A stretch of 64,000 nucleotides of DNA from a plasmid. The notes below the pieces were generated by a model, which was not told the origin of the DNA, searched no databases, and saw only the letters and a list, made by a program, of their open reading frames with translations. The stretch is from the sequence record NZ_CP035506.1. The stretch is one strand, 5' to 3'. The position numbers were made by a program, and so were the translations under genes. Positions within the stretch are counted from its first letter, which is position 1; each line of letters starts with the position of its first letter. Below, piece after piece: positions 35,590-45,344 of the stretch.

Positions 35590-36645
35590 TTATTTCAGGG
35601 CACGTGGTTCCCGGCGGACACTTGCCGGGGTGCTGGCAGCCGCCCCGAGGGCGTCCGGCTGCGGTTTCGGCTGTGGAGGCGGGGCCGAACGGCGCAGGTC
35701 GAGCGCAGGTTTCTCGACGAACTTCCATGACAGGACGGCGCAGACCAGCGTGATCGGCAGAGCGATGGCGATGTTGACGAAGGGATCCCGGACCCCCCAG
35801 TGCGCCACCACCTGCTGGATGGGAAAGGCATAGATATATGTGCCGTAGGAATAGTCCCCGAGCAGGTTGTACTCCCGCAGCCGCCCGAGATTCAGGTGGC
35901 CGATATAGAAGGTGCAGTAGACGAGCGCCGGAATGAAGACGACGTTGAACCAGGGGGTGAACCGGGCCAGCACGGAAAGCAGGATAGCCGCCACGCAGAT
36001 CAGCCAGTGCAGCCGCATGAGCCGCGGGTGATACCATTCGGGCGGCGGAAAGGCGTGTATCAGGAAAAGTCCCGTGACCAGCAGGAGCAGAAAGTCGCGC
36101 CGCAAAAGCCCCACGATGCCAAGGGCGAGAACGCCCATGTAGCACAGGAATTCGTAAAACAGCGTCCAGAGGGAGCCGTTGACCGCCGGTCCGAAGGGAT
36201 TGTCCTCGAACACGCCGGGCAGCGGCTGCATCGGCAGGGCGAGGCTCAGGGTGCGCAGCACGTATTTCACCGCCGCGGGCCAGTACTGCGACGCGGGAGC
36301 GGTGGTGAGCGCGACCCCGGCGACAATCACGGTCAAGACCGCCACCACCGCGAGAGCCGGGAACAGCCGCAGAAGCCGGGCCTGAATGAACACCATCCGG
36401 TCGCCCCGGCTGTTCTGAAAGCTCGCCGTGATGAAATAGCCCGACAGGCCGAAGAAGATCGCCACGGCTATGGAGCCGAGCGATATCGTCCCCAGAACAT
36501 GTTCCAGCGGCGCCGCGGCCTGCGGCCCGAGGCTCAGCGGCCAGGCATGCGAGACGAGGACAGCCGTGGCCGCGATCATGCGGATCAGGTTGAAGTTGTT
36601 GTTCCGACCCCTCAGGGCCCCGTCGGCGAGAGTGATGTGCTGCAT
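35590..36645 (-). CDS. Acyltransferase_3 family membrane O-acyltransferase
   Basis: NFNLIRMIAATAVLVSHAW N-terminal motif. Start placed at ATG 36645 (MQHITLADG) rather than the longer ORF to 36735. Confidence 0.75.
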   Translation of the reverse strand: MQHITLADGALRGRNNNFNLIRMIAATAVLVSHAWPLSLGPQAAAPLEHVLGTISLGSIAVAIFFGLSGYFITASFQNSRGDRMVFIQARLLRLFPALAVVAVLTVIVAGVALTTAPASQYWPAAVKYVLRTLSLALPMQPLPGVFEDNPFGPAVNGSLWTLFYEFLCYMGVLALGIVGLLRRDFLLLLVTGLFLIHAFPPPEWYHPRLMRLHWLICVAAILLSVLARFTPWFNVVFIPALVYCTFYIGHLNLGRLREYNLLGDYSYGTYIYAFPIQQVVAHWGVRDPFVNIAIALPITLVCAVLSWKFVEKPALDLRRSAPPPQPKPQPDALGAAASTPASVRREPRALK

Positions 36646-36989
36646 GCTCCCAATGCTCCCGGCTTGGCCCCGAGGGGCGGGCCGCGCTTTCGCGATGCCT
36701 TGAGAGCAGGAGTATCCACGCATCTTGCCGGACACTCAATCCGCAATCACCTTTTCCGCCGCATTGCAGCATCACAATCTTTGCGCAGATAGCAAACGGT
36801 GCAGTGCCGGGCCGGGAGGGCATGCGGGAGTGACCTGCGGGTTGCGGGTAAAGAGGGCGGGTTAATATTCTTTGAGTTGTGCCGTCCAACCGCTCTCAAC
36901 CCTGTTGCATATTCAGAAAGGTGTACTAAGAATAGCAATAATCGCTATAGTTGCAAAACACTCTCTTAAAGCTATCGGAGATTGCACTG

Positions 36990-37514
36990 ATGACCGATAT
37001 TACCCCCAGTATCCTCGATGTGCCCTCCCAACCTGCCAAGGTGCGGCGGCGCGGCCTGAACAAGCTTTCCGGCCTGCGCAATGTTCTCGTGGGCCTGCGT
37101 CGCGCCTGGCTGGCGCGGATGTGGGGCATGGACCTTCACCCGACCGTGCAGATGTCGCTCTCCGCAAAGCTCGACCGGACTTTCCCGATCGGCGTCCATG
37201 TCGGGGAATATTCCTATCTCGCCTTCGAAAGCCGTATCCTGACCCATGACCGGACACGGGGGCTTTACCTGCATACCCGCATCGGGCGGAACTGCTTCAT
37301 CGGCGGGCGGAGCATGATCATGCCGGGGGTGGAGATCGGCGACAACTGCGTGGTGGGCGCCGGATCGGTGGTGACGAAATCGATCCCCGCCAATTCCGTC
37401 GTGGCCGGCAACCCGGCCCGCATTCTCCATTCCAACATCGACGTCGGTCCCTATGGCCGCTTCAGCACGGCGGATGCGATGGAAGATGCGCTTGCCCGGA
37501 GCGGCCAGGCCTGA
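36990..37514 (+). CDS. Hexapeptide-repeat acetyltransferase (third WcaF-like paralogue)
   Basis: LbH repeats ([31 protein letters not shown]). Conserved MWGMDL/LDRT N-terminal block shared with 16738..17193. AT-rich promoter-like region upstream. Confidence 0.7.
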   Translation: MTDITPSILDVPSQPAKVRRRGLNKLSGLRNVLVGLRRAWLARMWGMDLHPTVQMSLSAKLDRTFPIGVHVGEYSYLAFESRILTHDRTRGLYLHTRIGRNCFIGGRSMIMPGVEIGDNCVVGAGSVVTKSIPANSVVAGNPARILHSNIDVGPYGRFSTADAMEDALARSGQA

Positions 37515-37716
37515 TGGGCCAAGCCTGATGGTGAGCAGTCCGGGCCATGGGAAAAGCCTGAACACGCCTGCTGCTGGTCACGCTCTTCGCCCCGGCCTGG
37601 CCCATCTGGGGCAAGGTGCTGGTCGCCGCGGGCTTTGCCGCGGCGGGCACATGGCGCTTCCTCCGGCTGCTCCCCTGGAGGGGCGGGGGGCCCCGGGGGC
37701 TCCCGCCGCCGCGTGA

Positions 37717-38916
37717 TCAGTAGCCGCGCAACCAGTCTCCGCGGCTTTGCCACATCTCGTCCCACATGCTCTTGCGGCTCCGGGATTTCTCGCTGGGGCG
37801 GAGCTTGTTCATGACCGTGGCCGCCAGAAGCCGCTGCGCGGTCGAGAACCAGAAAAGCCCCAGACCAAGCGGAACCTGCCAGCGGGGCCAGTGATCCCGC
37901 ATCAGCGTGACCCGCGCCTTGGTAAGCGGGATGCGCTTCCGCGCGAGGCTGTTGGACGCCGCGCCGACGATATGCATGATCTCCGAATCCGGCGTGACCA
38001 TCGGCTGGTAGCCCATCGCCCGCGCCCGGGCGCAGAGATCGGCCTCCTCGCCATACATGAAATAACGCAGGTCGAAGCCGCCGAGCTTGTTCCAGAGTTC
38101 GCGCCGAATCATCAGCAGGCAGCCGACGACGATGTCCACCTCGCGCACGCTGTCGCGTTTCCAGTCTGGCATGGCCTCGGGATTGAACAGGCTGGATTTC
38201 GGGAAGGCGGCGGTCAGCCCGACCGAGGCGCAGAACAGCGACCAGAGCGTCATGCGCCGCCAGCAGGAGGCGATGTTGAGCCGCCCGTCGGGGAAGACGG
38301 TGCGCCCGCCGGTGATCCCGGCTTCGGGATGCGCGCGGGAGAAATCCATCAGGTTGTCGATCGCCCCCGGATGGCATTCCGTGTCGGGGTTCAGCAGCAG
38401 CAGCCATTCGGTGCCGGCATCAGCCGCCACCACGTTGTTCGCGCGTGCGAAGCCCAGGTTGTCGGTCGACGCGATCAGCTCGACCTGCGGGAATTCGGCC
38501 GCGATCGCCTCGACCGACCCGTCCTTCGAATCGTTGTCGTAGACCACCGTGTGGAAGCGGGTCCGTTTCGTCGTCTCGTAGAGCGTGCGGAGGGCGGCCA
38601 GCGTCAGGTCACGGGTATTGTAGCTGACCATGATGACGGTGAGTTCGGCAGGCAGCGTCCCCGTATCCGGTCCCTCGCCCGCGTTGGACGGCGTGGCGGA
38701 TGTCGCGTTGGAGGCCGCGGGGGTCTGGGTCAGCTGGTTCAACCTGCCTTTTCCTTCTTTCGGAACAGCGACCGGAAGCCGGACCTGTCGCCAGAGATCG
38801 CGCTGCGATGCAGCATCACGAATTCCGGGAGGGATTTCAAGGCCGTCCCGGCGGTGGTCCCGCACATCCTGCCGGAGCGGGCGGGCAAAGGGCAAGTCTC
38901 CGCGTGGCGGAGGGAA
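37717..38916 (-). CDS. Glycosyltransferase family 2
   Basis: VIMVSYNTRDLTLAALRTL ... VVYDNDSKDGS ... DNLGFARANN, the classic GT2 DxD region. Start uncertain: the ORF is open to 39057 but then overlaps the upstream gene, so a non-ATG start between 38640 and 38916 is likely. Confidence 0.65.
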   Translation of the reverse strand, partial: FPPPRGDLPFARPLRQDVRDHRRDGLEIPPGIRDAASQRDLWRQVRLPVAVPKEGKGRLNQLTQTPAASNATSATPSNAGEGPDTGTLPAELTVIMVSYNTRDLTLAALRTLYETTKRTRFHTVVYDNDSKDGSVEAIAAEFPQVELIASTDNLGFARANNVVAADAGTEWLLLLNPDTECHPGAIDNLMDFSRAHPEAGITGGRTVFPDGRLNIASCWRRMTLWSLFCASVGLTAAFPKSSLFNPEAMPDWKRDSVREVDIVVGCLLMIRRELWNKLGGFDLRYFMYGEEADLCARARAMGYQPMVTPDSEIMHIVGAASNSLARKRIPLTKARVTLMRDHWPRWQVPLGLGLFWFSTAQRLLAATVMNKLRPSEKSRSRKSMWDEMWQSRGDWLRGY

Positions 38917-38918
38917 TG

Positions 38919-40193
38919 TCAGGACGCCCGCTTGCCACGCCCCTTGAGTGTGCGGCGCAGCGTGCCGAGGAAGTTCTTCAGGTTGCGCGAGGCCGGGTTC
39001 TGCCGGGCGGCCTGCCACAGCAGCAGGCCGCGGTAATCGGGAACCGGGCGCAGGCACAGGCGCAGCGCCGCCAGCCGGGCAAGGAGCGCGCGCCGGCGTT
39101 CGCGCTGCCCGGGCTGGATCCCGGCGAGCGTGCTCACGTCGAAGGGCCCCGCCTCGACATGGCCGCTTTTCACCGCCGCCTCGACGATTTCGCGTCCGAA
39201 GGCATTGCGCGCCACGATCAGGCTGGTGCCCGAGCCTTCGGTGAACAGCGGATAGCCGCGCTCGTCGCTTTCCCAGGCATCGGCGCAGACGATGTCGGCG
39301 GCGATCCCGGTGCCGTCGGCGCAGATCTTGCAGCGGTGCTGAACATGCTTGGAAAGCACCTTCCCCCAGCTGTCATGGTAGCTCATCTTGCGTTCGGTTC
39401 CGTCGCGCAGCACCGCCGTCGCAAAGCCCGGCCAGCCGTTGCCGCGGTAGCGGAAACCCACGACCTCCGCGGGGTCGGCATCGAGCGCCTTCAGCACCGC
39501 CCGCCCGCCCGTCTGCGAGGGCACGCCCGCGCAGAAGAAGGACAGGATCACCGGAAAGCTCGCGCGGACGCGGGGATCGGCCTCCTGCCAGGCGCGCATC
39601 GCCACCGCGTCGCAGGGCTTGCCCACGAAGGCGTAGCGCTTGCCGTTCTCCAGGAACCGGTTCAGCCCGGCGAGCGGCGCGGAGGGCGCGTAGCGCGACC
39701 CGGCCGCCGCCTGCACCTCGGCCTCGGTGACGGAGATGGTGGCGATATTGCCGATCGGCTGTTCCGGATCGGCCGTGGTCTGCACCACCGCGTCGATCTG
39801 GCCCGTCTCCAGCAGATGCACGAGCACCGCCGAAAGCACTCCGCCCGAGGAGCCGGAGAAGCGCAGCGCCTCGTCCCGGGCATGACCGATCCGCATGGTG
39901 TCATAGGGGCCCCAGAGCGGATCATCGATGCGGCCTGCCGCCTCCACCCGTTCGCCAAGGCCGGGGCAGACGCGCGCGATCATCGCATCCTGTCCCGCAC
40001 TGACCGGCCCCTGCTGAACCGGGCGCAGCCAGCCGGGGGGGGTCATGCGCATGGTGACGGAGCCGGGCGCGATCGCGGCGCAGGCGCCGCAGCCGGCACA
40101 GAGATCGCCCTTGCGGACGCGGGCAAGGCTCGCGGCTTCCGCGAATGCGGCGGGCGGGGGGGCGCCCACAGGGTCCATCTTCATGATCCGCAT
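38919..40193 (-). CDS. Coenzyme F420 hydrogenase/dehydrogenase beta-subunit (FrhB)-like protein of EPS clusters
   Basis: N-terminal Cys cluster CAGCGACAAIAP and C-terminal CKICADGTGIAADIVCADAWE, as in FrhB-family proteins that accompany pyruvyl transferases. Confidence 0.65.
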   Translation of the reverse strand: MRIMKMDPVGAPPPAAFAEAASLARVRKGDLCAGCGACAAIAPGSVTMRMTPPGWLRPVQQGPVSAGQDAMIARVCPGLGERVEAAGRIDDPLWGPYDTMRIGHARDEALRFSGSSGGVLSAVLVHLLETGQIDAVVQTTADPEQPIGNIATISVTEAEVQAAAGSRYAPSAPLAGLNRFLENGKRYAFVGKPCDAVAMRAWQEADPRVRASFPVILSFFCAGVPSQTGGRAVLKALDADPAEVVGFRYRGNGWPGFATAVLRDGTERKMSYHDSWGKVLSKHVQHRCKICADGTGIAADIVCADAWESDERGYPLFTEGSGTSLIVARNAFGREIVEAAVKSGHVEAGPFDVSTLAGIQPGQRERRRALLARLAALRLCLRPVPDYRGLLLWQAARQNPASRNLKNFLGTLRRTLKGRGKRAS

Positions 40194-40551
40194 TCCTCAG
40201 CCATGGTGCTGCTACGTCTTGCTTAATACGTGAATCGCCTCAGGGGAAGTCCGTGAGACAGTTTCGTGCTGCATTGCGGCATTACGATCCGGGATCTGTC
40301 TATTCCATGAGCATGTTTCCGCAAAACAGGCAGGCTCGAACGGGAACTGCGATGGCGCGTCCTGTCGAGCATGATAAGGCAGGCAGGACTGCCGTTTCTA
40401 CAATCAGGACGGGATTCATAATACGGTAGGGTTTCGGCAGCAGACTGGCGGCCTGACGGACATCCGGTCCGAAATCGCTCCGGAAATCGTTCCGGCGCGG
40501 CATGACATCCGGAGGCACGGTGACAGCAGACGGGATCAGCGGGACAGCAGA

Positions 40552-42342
40552 ATGAGCGACGGGACTACATCTCCTCAGGCCCCTTCGGGAAGCAACGCCT
40601 ATCGCGCAGCGCTCCGCAGATTGCGGGGCACCTTTCTGATGACGGGCTTCTTCAGCGCGGTGATCAACATCCTGATGCTGACGGGGCCGCTCTACATGCT
40701 TCAGGTCTATGACCGGGTGCTGGGTTCGGGATCGATCGCGACCCTGCAGGGGCTCTTCCTGATCGTGGTGATCCTCTACGCCTTCATGGGGCTTTACGAA
40801 TTCCTCCGTTCGCGGCTGCTCGGCCGGGCGGCGATCCGGCTCGATCAGGAGGTGGGACCGACCGCCTTCCGCGCCTGGCTCCGTTCGGGCGGGCAGCAGG
40901 CCACACGGAAACCGGGCGCATCGCCCCTGCCGCTGGCCGATCTGGGTACGGTTCGCGGGTTTCTCTCCTCACCCGCGATGGGGTCGATCTTCGATGTGCC
41001 GTGGATCCCGCTCTATCTCGGCCTGCTGTTTCTCATCCATCCCTGGCTCGGCTGGCTGACGCTGGCGGGGGCGGCCATCGTGGCGCTGGTGGCGGTGCTG
41101 GGCCGGCGCCTGACCCGCGCCCCGCAGGAGGCTTCTGCCGTGATAGAGGGGGAGGCGCGCGCTTTCTCCGAACAGGGCAGGCGCAATGCCGAGCTGATCG
41201 AGGCGATGGGCATGGAGCGCGGCGTGACGGAGCGCTGGCAGCAGGACCATGCCCGTGCGCTGGCGACGGGCCAGGGGGCGAGCAATGTGTCGGAGGTGAC
41301 GGGCGCCTTCTCCAAATCCTTCCGCATGCTGCTGCAGTCGGCCATGCTGACGGTGGGGGCGCTGCTTGTCCTGCGCCATGAGATGACGGCGGGGATGATC
41401 ATCGCCACCTCCATCCTCTCGGGGCGGGCGCTGGCGCCGGTGGACCAGATCATCGCCCAGTGGCGGATCATCGGGGCGGCGAGCCTTGCCCACAAGCGGC
41501 TCATCGCCTTCTTCGAAAAAGCTCCGCAGGAGCCGCGTCCCATCGGCCTTCCGCAGCCCACCGGCAAGGTGGTGGCGAACCGGCTGACATGCCTCGGCCC
41601 CGTGCCTGGAGCGGGGGGGGAGCGGCCGCGGATGCTGAACCAGGTCAGCTTCGCGCTGGAGCCGGGCGACGGGCTGGGCGTCATCGGCAATTCCGCGGCC
41701 GGCAAATCCACCCTCGCACGGCTGATCGTCGGTGCCTGGAAACCCGATGGCGGCGATATCCGCTTTGACGGTGCGACCCGCGACCAATGGGATCCGGAGG
41801 TTCTGGGACGCGCGGTCGGCTACCTGCCGCAGACGGTGGAACTGCTTCCCGGAACCATCCGCGACAACATCACCCGCTTTGACCCGGCGGCCCGGGACAA
41901 CGACATGATCGCGGCCGCCAGGCTGGCCGGTGTGCATGACATGATCCTCGCGCTGCCCGAAGGATATGGCACGAAGGTGGGCATCCCCGGCCAGCCGCTT
42001 TCCGGCGGCCAGGTACAGCGGCTCGGCCTCGCACGGGCGGTGTTCGGCGGGCCGCGGCTCATCGTTCTGGACGAGCCGAATTCCAACCTCGACGCGGCGG
42101 GAGAGGCGGCGCTTGCCCAGGCGATCCATGCCCTCCGCGCCGGCGGCGCCACGGTGATCCTGATGACCCATCGTACCAGCGCGCTGGCCGAGGTGAACAA
42201 GATCATGCTGCTGTCCGCCGGCAATGTCGTGAAGTTCGGTGACCGGGACGAGGTGCTGCGTGGCCTGTTGCTGCGCCCGGTTCCCGACACCGGGACTGGC
42301 GGTAACCAGATGCCCGGCATCACCGCGGGAGGCCAGCAATGA
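40552..42342 (+). CDS. prsD: Type I secretion system ABC transporter (PrtD/PrsD family, permease + ATPase)
   Basis: 6-TM N-terminal domain, Walker A GNSAAGKST, ABC signature LSGGQVQRLGLAR, Walker B LIVLDEP. Confidence 0.85.
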   Translation: MSDGTTSPQAPSGSNAYRAALRRLRGTFLMTGFFSAVINILMLTGPLYMLQVYDRVLGSGSIATLQGLFLIVVILYAFMGLYEFLRSRLLGRAAIRLDQEVGPTAFRAWLRSGGQQATRKPGASPLPLADLGTVRGFLSSPAMGSIFDVPWIPLYLGLLFLIHPWLGWLTLAGAAIVALVAVLGRRLTRAPQEASAVIEGEARAFSEQGRRNAELIEAMGMERGVTERWQQDHARALATGQGASNVSEVTGAFSKSFRMLLQSAMLTVGALLVLRHEMTAGMIIATSILSGRALAPVDQIIAQWRIIGAASLAHKRLIAFFEKAPQEPRPIGLPQPTGKVVANRLTCLGPVPGAGGERPRMLNQVSFALEPGDGLGVIGNSAAGKSTLARLIVGAWKPDGGDIRFDGATRDQWDPEVLGRAVGYLPQTVELLPGTIRDNITRFDPAARDNDMIAAARLAGVHDMILALPEGYGTKVGIPGQPLSGGQVQRLGLARAVFGGPRLIVLDEPNSNLDAAGEAALAQAIHALRAGGATVILMTHRTSALAEVNKIMLLSAGNVVKFGDRDEVLRGLLLRPVPDTGTGGNQMPGITAGGQQ

Positions 42343-43700
42343 CCATGACACCGATGCTGCCCGGTTCCGTGCCGGTCCATGCCGCATCCGATCCTGTCCG
42401 GCCCGAAACCGGTCTGCGCCTGACAGGCCGCGTCGGCGTGGTGGCGGCGGTGGCGCTGCTCGCCGTCTTTGGCTTTTGGGCCTATGCGACGGAGATCGAC
42501 AGCGCGGTGGCCACGCAGGGCCAGGTCGTGGTGCGCGGCAAGCCCAAGACGGTGCAGAGCCTCGACGGCGGGGTGGTGGAGGAGATCCTCGTCCACAACG
42601 GCGACCGGGTGGAGGAGGGGCAGCTGCTCATGCGGCTCGATCCGACGCTGATCCGGGTGAATCTCGACATCGCCCGGACCCGGCTCGCCGAGGCCTCCGC
42701 CCGCAAGGCGCGGCTGGAGGCGGAGGATCGGGGCCTTGCCGCGCCGGTCTTCACCTATCCCCCCCTGCCCTTCGAGCGGCCGCCCATGGCGGAGCCGGAG
42801 GCAGGCCAGATGCGGGTCTTCGAGGCCCGCCAGCATCTCAATACCGGTCGGCGGGCGCAGCTTGGCGAGAAGCTCGAACAGTTCCGCCGCCAGATCGACG
42901 GGCTGGAGGCCTCCATTACCGCCAAGGCCGAGCAGCTTGGCTATATCGAGCAGGAACTGGCCAACAGCCGGAAGCTCTTCGATCAGGGCCTGATGCGCGA
43001 GCCGCAGATCCTGCAGCTTCAGCGCGCCCGCGCCGAGATGAAGGGCACGCTGGCCGAGGCGGAGGCCGACCGTGCCCGCGTCGGCAATGCCATGCAGGAT
43101 GCGATCATCGAGGTGGATCAGGCCGAGCGGCAGTTCCGAGAGGACGTGGTGACCGATCTGCGCAGCACCCAGACCGAGATCGAGGAATCCACGATCCAGA
43201 TCGTCACCCTGTCGCGCCAGCTGGAACGGGTCGACATCCGCGCGCCCTCGACCGGCATCGTGCACGAGATGCAGGTGACCACGCTGGGCGGTGTCGTGCC
43301 GCCGAACGGCACGATCCTGCAGGTGATCCCGGTGGATGACGGGGTGGAGCTCGAACTGATGCTGGAGCCGCGCGAGATCGACCGGGTGCATCCCGGCCAG
43401 AAGGCGGAGGTGCTCTTCACCGCCTTCGACCATCGCGCCACACCCCGGCTGGAGGCGCATGTCACCCAGATTTCCCCCACCGTCGTTTCCACCGGGACGC
43501 AGGGCGGAACGGAGCGCAACTTCTATCGCCTGGGGCTGGAACTGGAGCCGGGGCAACTGGAGCGGCTGAACGAGAAAAGCTCGGCCATTGTGCCCGGGAT
43601 GCCGATCGAGGCCTTCCTCGAGACAGGGGAGCATACGGTGATGAGCTATCTCGTCCAGCCGCTGGTCAGCCAGATCATGCACGCCTTCCGGGAACGCTGA
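42339..43700 (+). CDS. prsE: Type I secretion membrane fusion protein (HlyD/PrtE/PrsE family)
   Basis: Single N-terminal TM, long coiled-coil region, C-terminal beta-barrel domain. ATGA overlap with prsD. Confidence 0.85.
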   Translation: MTMTPMLPGSVPVHAASDPVRPETGLRLTGRVGVVAAVALLAVFGFWAYATEIDSAVATQGQVVVRGKPKTVQSLDGGVVEEILVHNGDRVEEGQLLMRLDPTLIRVNLDIARTRLAEASARKARLEAEDRGLAAPVFTYPPLPFERPPMAEPEAGQMRVFEARQHLNTGRRAQLGEKLEQFRRQIDGLEASITAKAEQLGYIEQELANSRKLFDQGLMREPQILQLQRARAEMKGTLAEAEADRARVGNAMQDAIIEVDQAERQFREDVVTDLRSTQTEIEESTIQIVTLSRQLERVDIRAPSTGIVHEMQVTTLGGVVPPNGTILQVIPVDDGVELELMLEPREIDRVHPGQKAEVLFTAFDHRATPRLEAHVTQISPTVVSTGTQGGTERNFYRLGLELEPGQLERLNEKSSAIVPGMPIEAFLETGEHTVMSYLVQPLVSQIMHAFRER

Positions 43701-43871
43701 AGCTTCCTTGCCCGGGTCCTCGGCGTCGCTCCCCGCCCGCCGCTCGCCCGCCCTGCGTGTCGTATCGTGGAGCGGGAGCGGGCTGCCTGCAGGCGGTGCG
43801 CAGGCCCTGTGAAGCCGGGCGGGGCAGTAGCCGAGGGCTGCAGGGGGCACCCTGCCGCTCCCGCCAGAACC

Positions 43872-45344
43872 TCAGCCCGAGCGCGACAGGGTCGGCTTGT
43901 TTCTCTCCGGTCCCGGCTCCCGTCCCTGTTCTGCAGCAGGCTGGCGGCGAAGGGGCAGGCTTTCCCCGCGTGCATTGGACGCTTCCGCCCGCGCGCTCAC
44001 GACGGGCTGCTCCGGCCGCTGTCGCATCGCGCCGATGGCTTCCGGCCCGAACCGGGAGAAGACCGGCCCGCGCCGCACGGGTTCGGCGGCTTTCTCGGTC
44101 GGGGTTTCTTCCTCCGGCCGGTAGCAATTGGCCAGCGCCGCGCCGAAGCCGATGAAGAAGGAGAAAAGCGGTTGCAGCTTGCCGAAGAAGGCCACCGTTG
44201 CCCCGGTGAGCAGGAGCGCCATGATCGCCATTCCCCAGCCGTTCCGCAGCCGGACGACCAGTTCGTTCTTGTTCCCGAGACGACAGGCGGCCAGCCAGAT
44301 GAGCAGCAGGGCGAGGAACAGGAATACCAGTGCCGGGATCCCTGACCGCATCATGATGAGCAGCCAGTAGTTGTCGACGCTCGCCCCCAGCCAGTTCGGA
44401 CGCGAATAGGTTATGGGATCGAACCCGAAGAACGGGTGGCGCATGACGTCATCGATACCGAATTGCCAGATCGCACGCCGGTTCCAGGCTGTTGCGGGGT
44501 TCAGCGAGATCATGGTGATGATGCCGAGCACGCCGCGCCCGGTAAAGGTATCCAGCATCAGGAGCACGACCCCGATCGAACTGCTGACGACCAGGAGCCG
44601 GTTCTTGACGGTCCGCGTGAACCGCTCGATCATCAGCAGCCAGATCTGCAGCGTAAAGATCATCAGGGGGGCCGAGGAGGCGGAGAAGAAGGTGGCGACG
44701 CCGATGAGCGGCGCTCTCCACGTCCTTTGTTCCGGCGTGCTCGCGAACCAGACCATCGTCAGCGTCGACGCACAGAACACCCCGTAGAGGATTTCGTGTT
44801 CGAAGAAGGACTTGGCCCGGAAGATCCCCATGCGCGTCTCATGGTTCAGCGGGTAGTAGTTCCCCGTCATGGCGCGCGCGATCTCATGGGCGATCGGTTT
44901 GCCCGTCAGCCCTTCCGGGATCGCGAAGGCGGCTGATATGACCACCATGACGAACAGGACGTTGATGGTTGCCTTCAGTTGCCCCGGAGTGCGCAGGTAG
45001 ACGCGCGCGACCAGATAGACCACAAGGAATTCAAGCAGATAGAAGCCGGAAGACTGGATGCCGCTCGCCGTGCCGTAAAGAAGGATAAGCGCGGCCGCTG
45101 TCCAGAAGGCATGGGCGACGATAAGCCAGTCATAGGGCTTCATCTTGAGGGACGGCAGTTTCGGCAGGATGACGAGGGTCATGACGATCATGCAGAGTTT
45201 CGACGTGGTCAGGAACATCCCTGCCATGCGGAAACTGAACTCGATCGGCACCATGATGACGCAGATGAGCATCACGACGATGGGCCAGGGGGCCCGCTCC
45301 TTCGTCGCTCCGATGGCCTGATCGCCCGCCGTCCGCGCCGTCAT
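43872..45344 (-). CDS. O-antigen ligase / Wzy-like polysaccharide polymerase family membrane protein
   Basis: About 10-12 TM helices with a central periplasmic loop, plus a roughly 90-aa hydrophilic C-terminal tail. Sits in the operon with the PCP, kinase and GT2 genes. Confidence 0.65.
   Translation of the reverse strand: MTARTAGDQAIGATKERAPWPIVVMLICVIMVPIEFSFRMAGMFLTTSKLCMIVMTLVILPKLPSLKMKPYDWLIVAHAFWTAAALILLYGTASGIQSSGFYLLEFLVVYLVARVYLRTPGQLKATINVLFVMVVISAAFAIPEGLTGKPIAHEIARAMTGNYYPLNHETRMGIFRAKSFFEHEILYGVFCASTLTMVWFASTPEQRTWRAPLIGVATFFSASSAPLMIFTLQIWLLMIERFTRTVKNRLLVVSSSIGVVLLMLDTFTGRGVLGIITMISLNPATAWNRRAIWQFGIDDVMRHPFFGFDPITYSRPNWLGASVDNYWLLIMMRSGIPALVFLFLALLLIWLAACRLGNKNELVVRLRNGWGMAIMALLLTGATVAFFGKLQPLFSFFIGFGAALANCYRPEEETPTEKAAEPVRRGPVFSRFGPEAIGAMRQRPEQPVVSARAEASNARGESLPLRRQPAAEQGREPGPERNKPTLSRSG

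Noticed and set aside
36951-36989. Longer TTG-initiated start for the third hexapeptide acetyltransferase
   Set aside because: The ATG at 36990 has a GGAG RBS and matches the N-terminal length of its paralogues. The upstream extension lies in the AT-rich promoter.
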